DNA from: Tubiluchus corallicola
Lineage: Eukaryota; Animalia; Priapulida
Length of the DNA: 17,064 nt
NCBI GenBank assembly: GCA_030141605.1
Contig: JAQGDQ010002040.1
Location: forward strand, 1 to 17,064
Reading direction: 5' to 3'
Shown: piece by piece, positions 1 through 9,452 of the stretch
Layout: every line of letters starts with the position of its first letter
Position numbering within the stretch: the first letter of the stretch is position 1
Notes under the pieces: model-generated
Databases searched by the model: none
Told to the model about the DNA's origin: nothing
What the model saw: only the letters and a program-made list of their open reading frames with translations
Made by a program: the position numbers and the translations under genes

Positions 1-190
1 AGTAGTGTAGTTCAATTCACTCAGCGTCACTCTTGAGTAGTATAGGTCAATTATGTGCGTGTCACTTTTGGGTAGAATAATTCTGCTGTGTGCGTGTCAC
101 ACTTGGGTAGTATAGTTCAGTTGCGTGCGTGTCACTCTAAAGTAGTATTGTTCATTTGCCACCGTGTCACTCTTGAGTAGTGTAGTTCAG
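1..190. repeat. Degenerate 35-bp tandem repeat (about 5.5 units visible; probably continues off the left edge)
   Basis: GTCAC recurs at 26, 61, 96, 131 and 166 (period 35), each time followed by a (T/A)CTTG(A/G)GTAGTATAGTTCA-like sequence. Confidence 0.85.
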
Positions 191-249
191 TTTTTTCCTC
201 GTCAATCTTGTGCATGGATTTCCAGTGTAGAATACCAATCTTGGCTTAC

Positions 250-304
250 TGCAGAAGTCATACATGTCGCTGTAATTTAACATTGAGTCCGGAAGTTTAA
301 GGTT
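250..304 (-). other. Candidate short exon of an unidentified minus-strand gene
   Basis: Minus strand reads CTGTCTCTCTATCACTTCAG| then 55 nt (open as NLKLPDSMLNYSDMYDFC) then |GTAAGC. Supported by splice signals only; no homology recognised. Confidence 0.25.
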
Positions 305-1164
305 CTGAAGTGATAGAGAGACAGTTAAAGCGGTTTTGGTACCTGTAGAGTGTAGACGTACTGGACATTGGTCAGGCACATGCTATCACAGCACACATGG
401 CTTGTCTTACAATTCTGAAGGTCTTATATTCTAATACAGCAAAGAAATGTCAAAAAATTATGTTTTTGATAAGACATACCGTATTTTTTCCCTGCAATGA
501 ACTATTACAAGCTAATGCAATGTCTTAATAGTATTTTTATTAATGGCGTCATCGTTGCTGTCAGGGTTAATGTAGCCGTCGCCATCCTTATTCGACAAAA
601 TATAGGAGTAAAAACCGCTGGTTGGCCAATCAACTGTCCAGGTCAGTTTAGTGAGTGTGCAGTTAAGTGATTAATGAACCTTGGCTTAGTCGAATGTAAT
701 TTACTACAAAAACCTTGTTGTGATTTTCTAGGCTGGAAGATTCTGGAAACACTTCACACAGAGCAGCGCCACCTGTACAATCCTCAAATGATCCATTTTT
801 GGAATAACGGTGTTGGAGCAACAGAATGCGATTCGTGTGAATCTTGCTCAAAGTGTGCCAAGGCGTGACGATATTCACTTGAACTTCATTTAAAGATAAC
901 AGAATTTTAAAGTAATTTTCTCCCTCCCAAAACCTTCCATACAAATTTATATTTTTAGCATTAAGCCTACATGCTTGAAAGACTTGTGTAATTGAAAAAA
1001 AATCTTAGCAATGAATTTTTAAAGAGTTTGTGCCAACGTCGACGCAAGCTCTGTATGCAATAAGATATCACGTAAGTGGTGCAAAATTTTAAAACGATTT
1101 TAAGCTTTATTTATGAAGAGTAGTTCTTGCCCTTTAAATAACTTTTATTTATTGCCAACTTTAC

Positions 1165-1260
1165 CTCTTTGCCTCTCACAAATAATAACAATAACGATAA
1201 TGGAGAGCTGACTTGCTTTGCGAGACCCTCTGCATCATCATCCTCTGCAGTATGAAGCTT
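1165..1260 (-). other. Candidate 96-nt exon of an unidentified minus-strand gene
   Basis: Minus strand reads TTATTGTTGCCAG| then 32 open codons (KLHTAEDDDAEGLAKQVSSPLSLLLLFVRGKE) then |GTAAAG. Supported by splice signals and an open frame only. Confidence 0.3.
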
Positions 1261-1307
1261 CTGGCAACAATAAGTATCTTAATTAACGACGGGCGAGCCC
1301 AACAAGT

Positions 1308-3059
1308 GATGTAGAGTCTGACTGATTCGCATTACTGGTGTAGAGCAGAGTGAACTAGAGTCTATAATGGATGTAGAGTCTAGACTGATTCGCATTACTG
1401 TTGTAGAGCAGAATGAACTAGAGTCAATAATGGATGTAGAGTCTAGACTGATTCGCATTACTGTTTGTAGAGAAGAGTGAACTAGAGTCTATAACAGATG
1501 TAGAGTCTAGACTGATTCACATTACTGGTGTAGAGTAGAGTGAACTAGAGTCTATAATGGATGTAGAGTCTAGACTGATTCGCATTACTGTTGTAGAGCA
1601 GAATGAACTAGAGTCAATAATGGATGTAGAGTCTAGACTGATTCACATTACTGGTGTAGAGTAGAGTGAACTAGAGTCTATAATGGATGTAGAGTCTAGA
1701 CTGATTCGCATTACTGTTGTAGAGCAGAAATGAACTAGAGTCTATAATGGATGTAGAGTCTAGACTGATTCGCATTACTGTTGTAGAGCAGAAATGAACT
1801 AGAGTCTATAATGGATGTAGAGTCTAGACTGATTCGCATTACAATTTGTAGAGAAGAGTGAACTAGAGTCTATAATGGATGTAGAGTCTAGACTGATTCG
1901 CATTACTGGTGTAGAGCAGAATGAACTAGAGTCTATAATGGATGTAGAGTCTAGACTGATTCGCATTACTGTTGTAGAGCAGAATGAACTAGAGTCTATA
2001 ATGGATGTAGAGTCTAGACTGATTCGCATTACTGGTGTAGAGAAGAGTGAACTAGAGTCTATAATGGATGTAGAGTCTAGACTGATTCGCATTACTGGTG
2101 TAGAGTAGAGTAAACTAGAGTCTATAATGGATGTAGAGTCTAGACTGATTCGCATTACTATTTGTAGAGCAGAGTGAAGTAGACACTATAACGGATGTGG
2201 AGTCTAGACTGATTCACGTTACTGTTGTAGAGCAGAGTGAAGTAGAATCTATAACGGATGTGGAGTCTAGACTGAATCACGTTACTGTTGTAGAGCAGAG
2301 TGAACTAGAGTCTATAATGGATGTAGAGTCTAGACTGATTCGCATTACTATTTGTAGAGAAGAGTGAACTAGAGTCTATAATGGATGTAGAGTCTAGACT
2401 GATTCGCATTACTGTTGTAGAGCAGAAATGAACTAGAGTCTATAATGGATGTAGAGTCTAGACTGATTCGCATTACTGTTGTAGAGCAGAAATGAACTAG
2501 AGTCTATAATGGATGTAGAGTCTAGACTGATTCGCATTACTATTTGTAGAGAAGAGTGAACTAGAGTCTATAATGGATGTAGAGTCTAGACTGATTCGCA
2601 TTATTGGTGTAGAGCAGAATGAACTAGAGTCTATAATGGATGTAGAGTCTAGACTGATTCGCATTACTGTTGTAGAGCAGAATGAACTAGAGTCTATAAT
2701 GGATGTAGAGTCTAGACTGATTCGCATTACTGGTGTAGAGAAGAGTGAACTAGAGTCTATAATGGATGTAGAGTCTAGACTGATTCGCATTACTGGTGTA
2801 GAGTAGAGTAAACTAGAGTCTATAATGGATGTAGAGTCTAGACTGATTCGCATTACTATTTGTAGAGCAGAGTGAAGTAGACACTATAACGGATGTGGAG
2901 TCTAGACTGATTCACGTTACTGTTGTAGAGCAGAGTGAAGTAGAATCTATAACGGATGTGGAGTCTAGACTGATTCACGTTACTGTTGTAGAGCAGAGTG
3001 AAGTAGACACTATAATGGATGGAGAGTCTAGACTGATTCACGTTACTGTTGTAGAGCAG
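1308..3059. repeat. 63-bp minisatellite, about 27-28 units, with 64-bp variants and a 698-bp higher-order duplication
   Basis: Consensus GATGTAGAGTCTAGACTGATTCGCATTACTG(G/T)TGTAGAGCAGA(G/A)TGAACTAGAGTCTATAATG. Diagnostic variants recur at offset 698 (1721/2419 and 2181/2879). Confidence 0.97.
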
Positions 3060-3125
3060 GCGTGATCTTGATATTAAACATCAACGGTTTATTAAGTTCG
3101 AGAGCCATTTGTATTATTACGAGGT

Positions 3126-3350
3126 TCAAAAACTGTTCTGCTGATTATTCACGATTGCATATTTTGTGACCTGTGAGTTGATTTCACGTACAATTTTGGT
3201 CGCTTGGTTTCTGACCATCTGTAGACATTGCTTCAGAACAAAATTAGGTGTAACAAATCCTGAAACAAACTTTAGTTTCTTGGTTTCTTCGAGTATTTTT
3301 GGAGAAAGATAATCTAATGCAAAATTCATTTAAGCCAAATATCCAGAGCT
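3126..3350 (-). pseudogene. Possible degenerate hAT (ZMYM/DUF4371-like) transposase relic
   Basis: Translation SSGYLA*MNFALDYLSPKILEETKKLKFVS...KIVREINSQVTKYAIV loosely resembles the GNFL..L...L......Y.S..Q.E.......I..EI....Y.I pattern of the hAT N-terminal domain. Judged by eye; contains an in-frame stop. Confidence 0.2.
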
Positions 3351-3570
3351 GCTTGGATTAAGTGTGATAAAACTTTATATAAAAGAGCAAGTAGCTTTTA
3401 GCTGCTTTGGAAATTTTAAATGTGTATCTCTTGGCACAAGTTAAGTTTGTTAAGTTCTTGTGGGTTATGGTGTTAGGTTATGGCATATTAGGTTAGTTTT
3501 TGTTAGGAATTTTTTATTTTTGTTATGCAGTGTGTCATTGATAATCTGCGCATGAATAAGCAGTTTTTTC

Positions 3571-3737
3571 TAATGCTTGTTTCTTTGTTTTAGCTGATTT
3601 AGGTACTGACAAAGGACATTGGTTGAAAAATATATCAGCATGTTCACACACACGCACGCGCGCACGCACGCACGCACGCACACACACACTTGCACGTCTG
3701 TCTGTCTTTCTGTCTGTCTATGCATCTATCTATCTAA

Positions 3738-3781
<44 letters not shown>

Positions 3782-3782
3782 A

Positions 3783-3838
<56 letters not shown>

Positions 3839-3937
3839 CATCCATCCATCCATCCATCCATCCATCCATCCATCCATCCATCCATCCATCCATCCATCCA
3901 TCCATCCATCCATCCATCCATCCATCCATCCATCCAG

Positions 3938-3969
<32 letters not shown>

Positions 3970-3971
3970 CC

Positions 3972-4042
<71 letters not shown>

Positions 4043-4151
4043 CGTGCGTGCATGCGTGCGTGTGTGTGAGTGTATGTATATGCTGATATATTCTTCAACC
4101 AATGTCCTTTGTCAGTACCTAAATCACTGTGAAACAAAGCAACAAGCATTA
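3571..4151. mobile_element. Fold-back/MITE-like element: long inverted repeats enclosing a compound microsatellite
   Basis: 3595-3641 is the reverse complement of 4080-4126 (46/47 identical). The match extends imperfectly out to 3571/4151 and inward through the (CA)n/(CACG)n versus (CGTG)n/(TG)n tracts. Both outer ends are TA. Confidence 0.6.
3645..4079. repeat. Compound microsatellite (CA)n (CACG)n (TCTG)n (TCTA)n (TCTG)n (TCCA)n (TA)n (TG)n (CGTG)n
   Basis: Directly visible simple repeats. Confidence 0.98.
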
Positions 4152-4217
4152 CACGTATTACAGTGTACAGTGTACCATCAGATAAGTAAAGTTAATTACC
4201 TGTCTACAGTTACAGTT

Positions 4218-4466
4218 TTAAATTGATCTCATTGTGCGTCGCGAATCTTCAGAAGCAATGAAAAATAATTCTTGCACACTCTTCATGTAAACATACTTAC
4301 GGCTGGACATACTTACATACTTACTTTCCTTCGGCCTTTTCATCAGAAAATTTTTAAAACATTGATTTTTTTCACATACGTCCATTTCACGAATATCATC
4401 TTCTTCGTAACCATATAACTCTGGTCTGGTTGTAAATATTTCATTTAAAATTTTGCTACTGTTCAA
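4218..4466 (-). pseudogene. Possible degenerate hAT-like transposase fragment
   Basis: FKNFLMKRPKESKYVS...VQELFFIASED resembles the L..HL..AP.NAKY.S..IQ.ELI pattern of DUF4371-type hAT transposases. It contains a small ACATACTTAC duplication. Judged by eye only. Confidence 0.2.
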
Positions 4467-4567
4467 TGTCCGCCAGGTTTTTTACTTTTCGTTTCCTGAT
4501 TTTGATAACGCGTGATCAGTGACTATTTTATTACTTATGCTAAACTTAAAGATTAAATAAAATTAAA

Positions 4568-5126
4568 TTTATTATATTATATTATATTAATTCTTTATTT
4601 GTCATTAAAATGGTTCACTCATTATAATAAAATTGAGTAAGCCTCAGCGTAATGTTAAAATAACAACACTGTTCAAGACAAATGCGTCCAGTGCAGCCTA
4701 AAAAAAACTAAAGTGCAAAACTAAGGCCTAATTATATACAAAAAATGAACATATTTAGAAACACCATATTAAAATATTTTTACAAAACAATATCACAAAA
4801 GTACATTAAATTTTACATGACATATTTTACACTATATATACATTTGACATGACACAATTAACAGAAACATGCTTTACATTACATAAATTTCACTCATTAC
4901 ATTTACACCATTTATACATTTGACATTACAAAACTAACAACACGTGTTACATTACATATTTTTTTTTAAAAAATTACATTTTTAATCGTTTTATGGAGTC
5001 AGGGGCGGGGGTAGACGAAAGTTGAGTCTCTGTAATTAGTATCAGATGCACAATGTGGAAGTTGAAGCCTGTTATATTGATATTCTTTTAATTTCTTTTT
5101 AAAGTGGTGGAGAGATTCTATTTGTT
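4568..5126 (-). mobile_element. Probable 5'-truncated CR1/L2-group LINE 3' fragment (ORF2 C-terminus, 3' UTR and tail)
   Basis: The minus strand begins QIESLHHFKKKLKEY, resembling the S...FK..LK C-terminal motif of CR1/L2-group ORF2. It ends with a hairpin (ACTCA 4617.../...TGAGT 4638), AATAAA and a (TAATA)n tail. It is flanked by AAATTAAA at 4560-4567 and 5127-5134 (possible TSD) and interrupts a repeat that is nearly contiguous at 10413-10502. Confidence 0.45.
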
Positions 5127-5140
5127 AAATTAAAAACTAC

Positions 5141-5197
5141 ACTTCCGGAATTTGGTGCCCTTGGCAACTGCCTAATTGGTCTATTGGTAAAGCCGAC
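5141..5197. repeat. Dispersed repeat copy A (resembles a hAT-type DNA transposon terminus)
   Basis: 48/57 identical, ungapped, to 10446-10502 (GGCAACTGCCTA...TGGTA(A/G)AGCCGAC). 4529-4557 also matches 10413-10440. Confidence 0.75.
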
Positions 5198-5876
5198 CAA
5201 GTTTAACAAGAATTTTTAGTAAAGACCATCAGCGTTGTTTACGTTTTTGTAGAAATGCAGCTTTACTTATGATTTTGTGAACTGCGTAGTGCATACACTT
5301 TGGCTGGGTTCCAAGTTTCTTTCCCGTTCAGTATCTCGAAGGCACAATGGTTTATTATCATGAGCAGGACTTACCGTTCCAGTGAAACGGTGGACAGCCT
5401 CCGGTCAGATTGTAAAACCTAGGGATGTTTTGGTCAGATGTTTTGGAAGAAAAATCTGCTGTCAGTTTGTATTCAGGTGAGCGGTTTATGTCAAGGACGG
5501 CAGTGATGAAATACTCAGAACCTCATTAAAATCGTCACCTATCATTAACCCGCGATAGAAGCTAAATATTTTCATGTAATAAAAGCATTTTTGGTGTGCG
5601 TTGGATTGGGAAAGCCTGCACTGTTATTTTGTCCTGCCATTATACAGGTATAGTGTTTAAACATCTTAAAATTCTTTACTTTTCAATCTTCGATAAGAAT
5701 ATAACAGGTTATTTAAGTTGTTTTCGTGTTCTGGACCTAATAAAAATTCACTTTAGGCATTTTGTATTAAGTATTTTGTCTTTTCTTAAGATTTTTAATT
5801 ACTTGCTTGGTAAGTGAAGTTGATTTTTTTTAGTACAACCTCTATGATTAAGCAATTTTACGTCTCTTTTGTCTCA

Positions 5877-6245
5877 ATTGTTCCAAGATGACATGTATTA
5901 GTATCTATGCATTGTTCCAAGATGATATGTATTAGTATCTATGCATTGTTCCAAGATGATATGTATTAGTATCTATGCATTGTTCCAAGATGATATGTAT
6001 TATTATCTATGCATTGTTCCAAGATGATATGTATTAGTATTTATGCATTGTTCCAAGATGATATGTATTAGTATCTATGCATTGTTCTAAGATGATATGT
6101 ATTAGTATCTATGCATTGTGTCCAAGATGATATGTATTAGTATCTATGCATTGTTCCAAGATGATATGTATTAGTATTTATGCATTGTTCCAAGATGATA
6201 TGTATTAGTATCTATGCATTGTTCCAAGATGATATGTATTAGTAT
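5877..6245. repeat. 34-bp minisatellite, about 11 near-identical units
   Basis: Unit ATTGTTCCAAGATGATATGTATTAGTATCTATGC starts at 5877, 5911, 5945, 5979 and onward, with rare 1-bp indels. Confidence 0.97.
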
Positions 6246-6709
6246 ATAAAATGTTGAAAAATCAAATGCAAAGTATAGTACAACGTAGAACTTATCGTGA
6301 TATACGAGCTATTAATTTTTCCGTTTATGTGTGCAAGATTAAGAAAGCGTACAGTTTATCGTTAAGTTGGCTAAGTTGCAACAGTCAGCGTAAGGCACTA
6401 TGACATAGATAAATGCAATTAAAAACGATAACATCAGTTCGTGTATGAGTCAATTGTGACGTTCTTTTCTTTTGCACAAAACGGAAATGAGAAGTCTAAT
6501 CTATTTCAGCTAGCGGAAATGACATATCCGGAAAATAACAACTCAAAAAAATTAAAATCATTAAATGTAAACTAAAGAAATGAGCGAAGAAGTATAGATT
6601 TTAACAGAAATTTGACTAATACGAACTAGCAGATCAAGTGCTAATCATTTTTCGTGGAAGGCGATTGTATGAGACTGTCCATTTTATTCACTTTTTCTTG
6701 AGCAGTTAA

Positions 6710-7274
6710 GAGTGGCGGCTCATGTATAGGTACAGTGATACTGCAGCACCCACTGTTTTCACACATTATTATTGATAATATTCAATATAATAAGTCTTTT
6801 TTCTTTAGTTCTTTCTTTATACTTGTGCAGAACAGGAGCAAGTGAGGGTAGTACAATTGCTTGACAGCCCAAGCAGCGTGGTGTTTAGCTGTTGTGCGTC
6901 TGCTGCTAGTTAGAAAAGTACTGTCTCTAACGCAGTAACAATTACCACGTGCTTACCGTGTACCGTCATATTCTTGAATGTGATAAAGTATAAACTTAGC
7001 GTGTGTGCTTAAAACATAAATTATTTAATAATGGACGCCTTGCATCTCCAAGAAATAAGTTTTGTGACTGTAAGCGAACTACAACAGCTTAATTTTTCAC
7101 AATTGTCTCTCCATGAGAAAGTTGCGGTTAAGAAAAGTTGCCGTTCAACACCTGATCTTCAAATATAACTACAACATTAAAATTACATATGTTTGTTACG
7201 TTTTACACAGTATTAAAACAATGGCTAACATTTTTCTGAAGCACCCCACTAATTTTAGCTTAGAGCCGCCACTG
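6710..7274. mobile_element. Non-autonomous hAT-type element (MITE), 565 bp
   Basis: TIRs AGTGGCGGCTC (6711-6721) and GAGCCGCCACT(G) (7263-7274). 8-bp flanks GCAGTTAA (6702-6709) and GCAGTCAA (7275-7282) match at 7/8. An 8-bp TSD and a CAGTGGCGG-type end are typical of hAT elements. Confidence 0.65.
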
Positions 7275-7648
7275 GCAGTCAAGAGTTTTCACTTTTTTCT
7301 AGTTTGATACGCACATCAAGAATGTAAGAAAGTTGAATTGTTATTTTTTTAATTCAAGCCAATTTTTATTACAGGCACATAAGAACAAGTAAAAGTTTTT
7401 AATAAAGTTGTGTTGTTTTTTACCTATAGATATTATTATTATTATTATGATATTTATGTACGCAAGTGAAAAACTACCACCTTCTTTGCGTCAGTTTGCT
7501 TGCTAATTAAGGCCAAGGGATGTCGTGAAGTTTGGGCTTCACGATTCGCCCGCCATAAAGAAGCCATTGTGAATTAATTTATGTGTAACTGTAGGAACTG
7601 GTTTGAGAAGTTAATCTAGTAAAGAGACCGGGGAGTTGTTGAGTTGAG

Positions 7649-8730
7649 TATAGTTCAACGTCGAAGCCGATACGGCTAAATCAGTGCGAGTCAGATGTCC
7701 ATGAAACCATCTCTTATCCACGACTTGAACATTCTTGCGTATCCAAGCATCCGTCTTTCTTCATCGAGTTTTTCGGCACAGTTGTTGACTAGGGATCTCC
7801 ATGCAGGACGGTCGTGAACTGTGAAAGGCAGCTTGTCCAACTTTCCACCTTTCCTCAGAGAGAACTTCACCTTGTCCTTGAAGCGAAGGAGAGGACGACC
7901 AACACTGCGAGAGCCACTGGTTAGTTCTCCATGAAGAAGGGCCTTTGTCGGTCTCTTATCGTTCATTCTGACCACATGCCCAAACCACCGAAGTTGAGCC
8001 TTAGTAAGCGTAACCTCGATATCTTCCATCTTGGCACGAGCCAGCACGTCTTCGTTTGGCACATAGTCGTCCCAGCGAATACGAAGGATGTGACGCAGAT
8101 GTCTCTGCTGAACCGCACGAAGAGACCTGACCTGATCTTGATAGAGCGTCCACGTTTCCTGACCATAGGTAAGCTGCGGAATGATGCATTGCTTGTACAC
8201 CTGCAGTTTAGTGGCGATGGTAAGGTCATGTTTATCGAAGACACGTTTCCTCATACGGCCGAAAGAGCTGGCTGCAGCATTAATTCTTGCATGAAGCTCA
8301 GTATCCAATCGAGCATCTGAGCAGATGTAACTTCCGAGATATTTGAACCGTTGCACACTTCCAAGCTGTTCTCCGTCAATGGTAAAATTGACACTGTCGC
8401 TAGAGCCGACACTCATTGTCTCAGTCTTCCTTTTGTTAATGCGCAGTCCCATTCTCTTTGCAGTTTCATTGTAAATGTCGATGAGATCCTGAAGGTCGTC
8501 CGGGTTGTCAGAGAAGATAGCTATGTCATCGGCATATTGCGCCTCACGCAGGAACATCATTCGTGTCTTCGTCCTTGCTTTGAGTCGACGTAGGTCAAAA
8601 ATGTCTCCATCATTTCTGAATCGAACATGAATGCTCTTCGTTGAGCCAAGTCTGCCGAAGGCTACCTGCAAAAGGACTGCAGCGAAAAGTCCGAAAAGAG
8701 ATGGAGCTAACTTGCAGCCTTGTTTCACAC
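7649..8730 (-). mobile_element. 5'-truncated RTE-clade non-LTR retrotransposon copy with 13-bp TSD
   Basis: Flanked by the direct repeat TTGTTGAGTTGAG (7636-7648 and 8731-8743). About 42-nt 3' UTR with an AGCCG-TAT-CGGCT hairpin. No poly(A) tail; it ends in an ACTATACTCAACTCA-like short repeat, as expected for RTE. Confidence 0.9.
7691..8728 (-). pseudogene. C-terminal part of an RTE-type reverse transcriptase ORF (345 open codons; no endonuclease or N-terminal RT subdomains)
   Basis: Motifs VKQGCKLAPSLF, LRRLKARTKT, AQYADD, GLRINKRKT, FKYLGS, YGQETW, LRWFGHVVRM and LLHGEL..G.R..GRP..RFKD. The GTG 'start' is only the truncation point. Confidence 0.93.
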
Positions 8731-9378
8731 TTGTTGAGTTGAGATAGAAGAGAAAACATGTATATTGCGTCTTTCGTAAAACGAATAAATTTTTTTTACA
8801 ATGGCTTCTTTATGTCGGGTGAATCGTGAAGCCCAAACTTCACGACAAGGGATGATGCGAGATGATTATACATGCTAATTAACCTAGCAACTTTTTTAAA
8901 TGTGATTTACAAGACGCGAGAGCCGCCCCCCCCCGTAAGTTAAGCATCTGAGAGAATAGCATGGCGATAGTGGGTGGACATGGCCGGCTATGGGTGACTT
9001 GACGCCTAGGCAAAAGTATTGAGCTGAACAGGGAACAGTGCATTATACAGTTCTATTCATAGGCAACAGGCCAGCCAACCTACAGGTAATGTTATGACCT
9101 CCACTTTAAACTAGGAAGCCCATCACATTACCTGCCACTGGTTGAGCAGTGGTTTCCTGTGTGAAAAGAACGGACACGTGACATCGTCAGTTGTCTTCTG
9201 GTTGTCGTGGAATACACTTCTCCTGTCTGCCTGCCGAGTGTCGTGGAGGTTTGATTTGAAGCATTGTCATCAGGTTTTGTTTTTTCTATTGTGTTGTTCT
9301 TCTCAGCCGTCCCTTTTGAATTCTAAGTTTTGGTTTTGTTGTTTCTTTTTTTTTAATTTCTGGAGTGTCCGTTATGCA

Positions 9379-9452
9379 GCGCTTACCCGCATCACCGATG
9401 GCGGGCCGTAAGGCTATCTACCGGGTCGAACCCCGGAATAGTGTATTAGCGC
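9379..9452. other. GC-rich multi-hairpin island of unknown class (structured RNA or transposon-end relic)
   Basis: Closing stem GCGCT (9379-9383)/AGCGC (9448-9452) encloses hairpins CCCGC..GCGGG (9386-9405), (G)CC-GTAA-GG(C) (9405-9414) and CTAT..CCGGG-TCGAAC-CCCGG..ATAG (9414-9441). Confidence 0.4.

Larger units (their letters stand above)
7521..8847. mobile_element. TIR element (about 232-bp MITE once the nested LINE is removed) with 50-bp TIRs, TGT...ACA ends and AGGGA TSD
   Basis: 7521-7570 versus the reverse complement of 8798-8847: 48/50 identical. AGGGA directly flanks both ends (7516-7520 and 8848-8852). Confidence 0.9.

Noticed and set aside
555-592. EF-hand-like peptide NKDGDGYINPDS on the minus strand
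   Set aside because: Key positions 1 and 12 are not D/E, the frame is short and stop-bounded, and no flanking helices are evident.
663-944. Short ORFs 663-944 and 674-868 (likewise 5596-5817, 7113-7307, 9142-9411, 10059-10340, 13926-14183, 14156-14359)
   Set aside because: They are short, mostly have non-ATG starts, show no recognisable domains, and two lie inside MITEs. A possible plus-strand terminal exon after TTTTCTAG (731) could not be supported further.
1308-3059. CRISPR-like array or repeat-protein gene (ORFs 1799-2155, 1875-2108, 2497-2853, 2573-2806, 2856-3041)
   Set aside because: There are no unique spacers and no cas genes. The ORFs exist because 63 is a multiple of 3, and they are broken by 64-bp units and stop codons.
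3619-4226. Five overlapping ORFs with HPSI/DGWM/CV repeats
   Set aside because: They are translations of microsatellites.
4320-4350. Hammerhead-like CTGATGA...GAAA on the minus strand (also CTGATGA near 9270)
   Set aside because: No stem II pairing lies between the core motifs here, and there is no properly placed GAAA at the second site.
7931-8593. ORFs 7931-8320, 7963-8244, 8001-8189 and 8351-8593
   Set aside because: They are shadow frames of the RTE RT sequence.
7521-8847. DIRS/Penelope-type retroelement, solo LTR, retron or RT-array defence system
   Set aside because: The RT motifs are RTE-clade LINE, the fragment has its own TSD, and no tyrosine recombinase, GIY-YIG or RNase H domain is present. 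50-bp inverted termini are not LTR-like, and nothing links the RT to the tandem arrays.
7501-8882. Direct repeat TGCTAATTAA at 7501 and 8873 as an outer TSD
   Set aside because: It is not adjacent to the TIRs and is AT-rich, so it is probably chance or an older local duplication.
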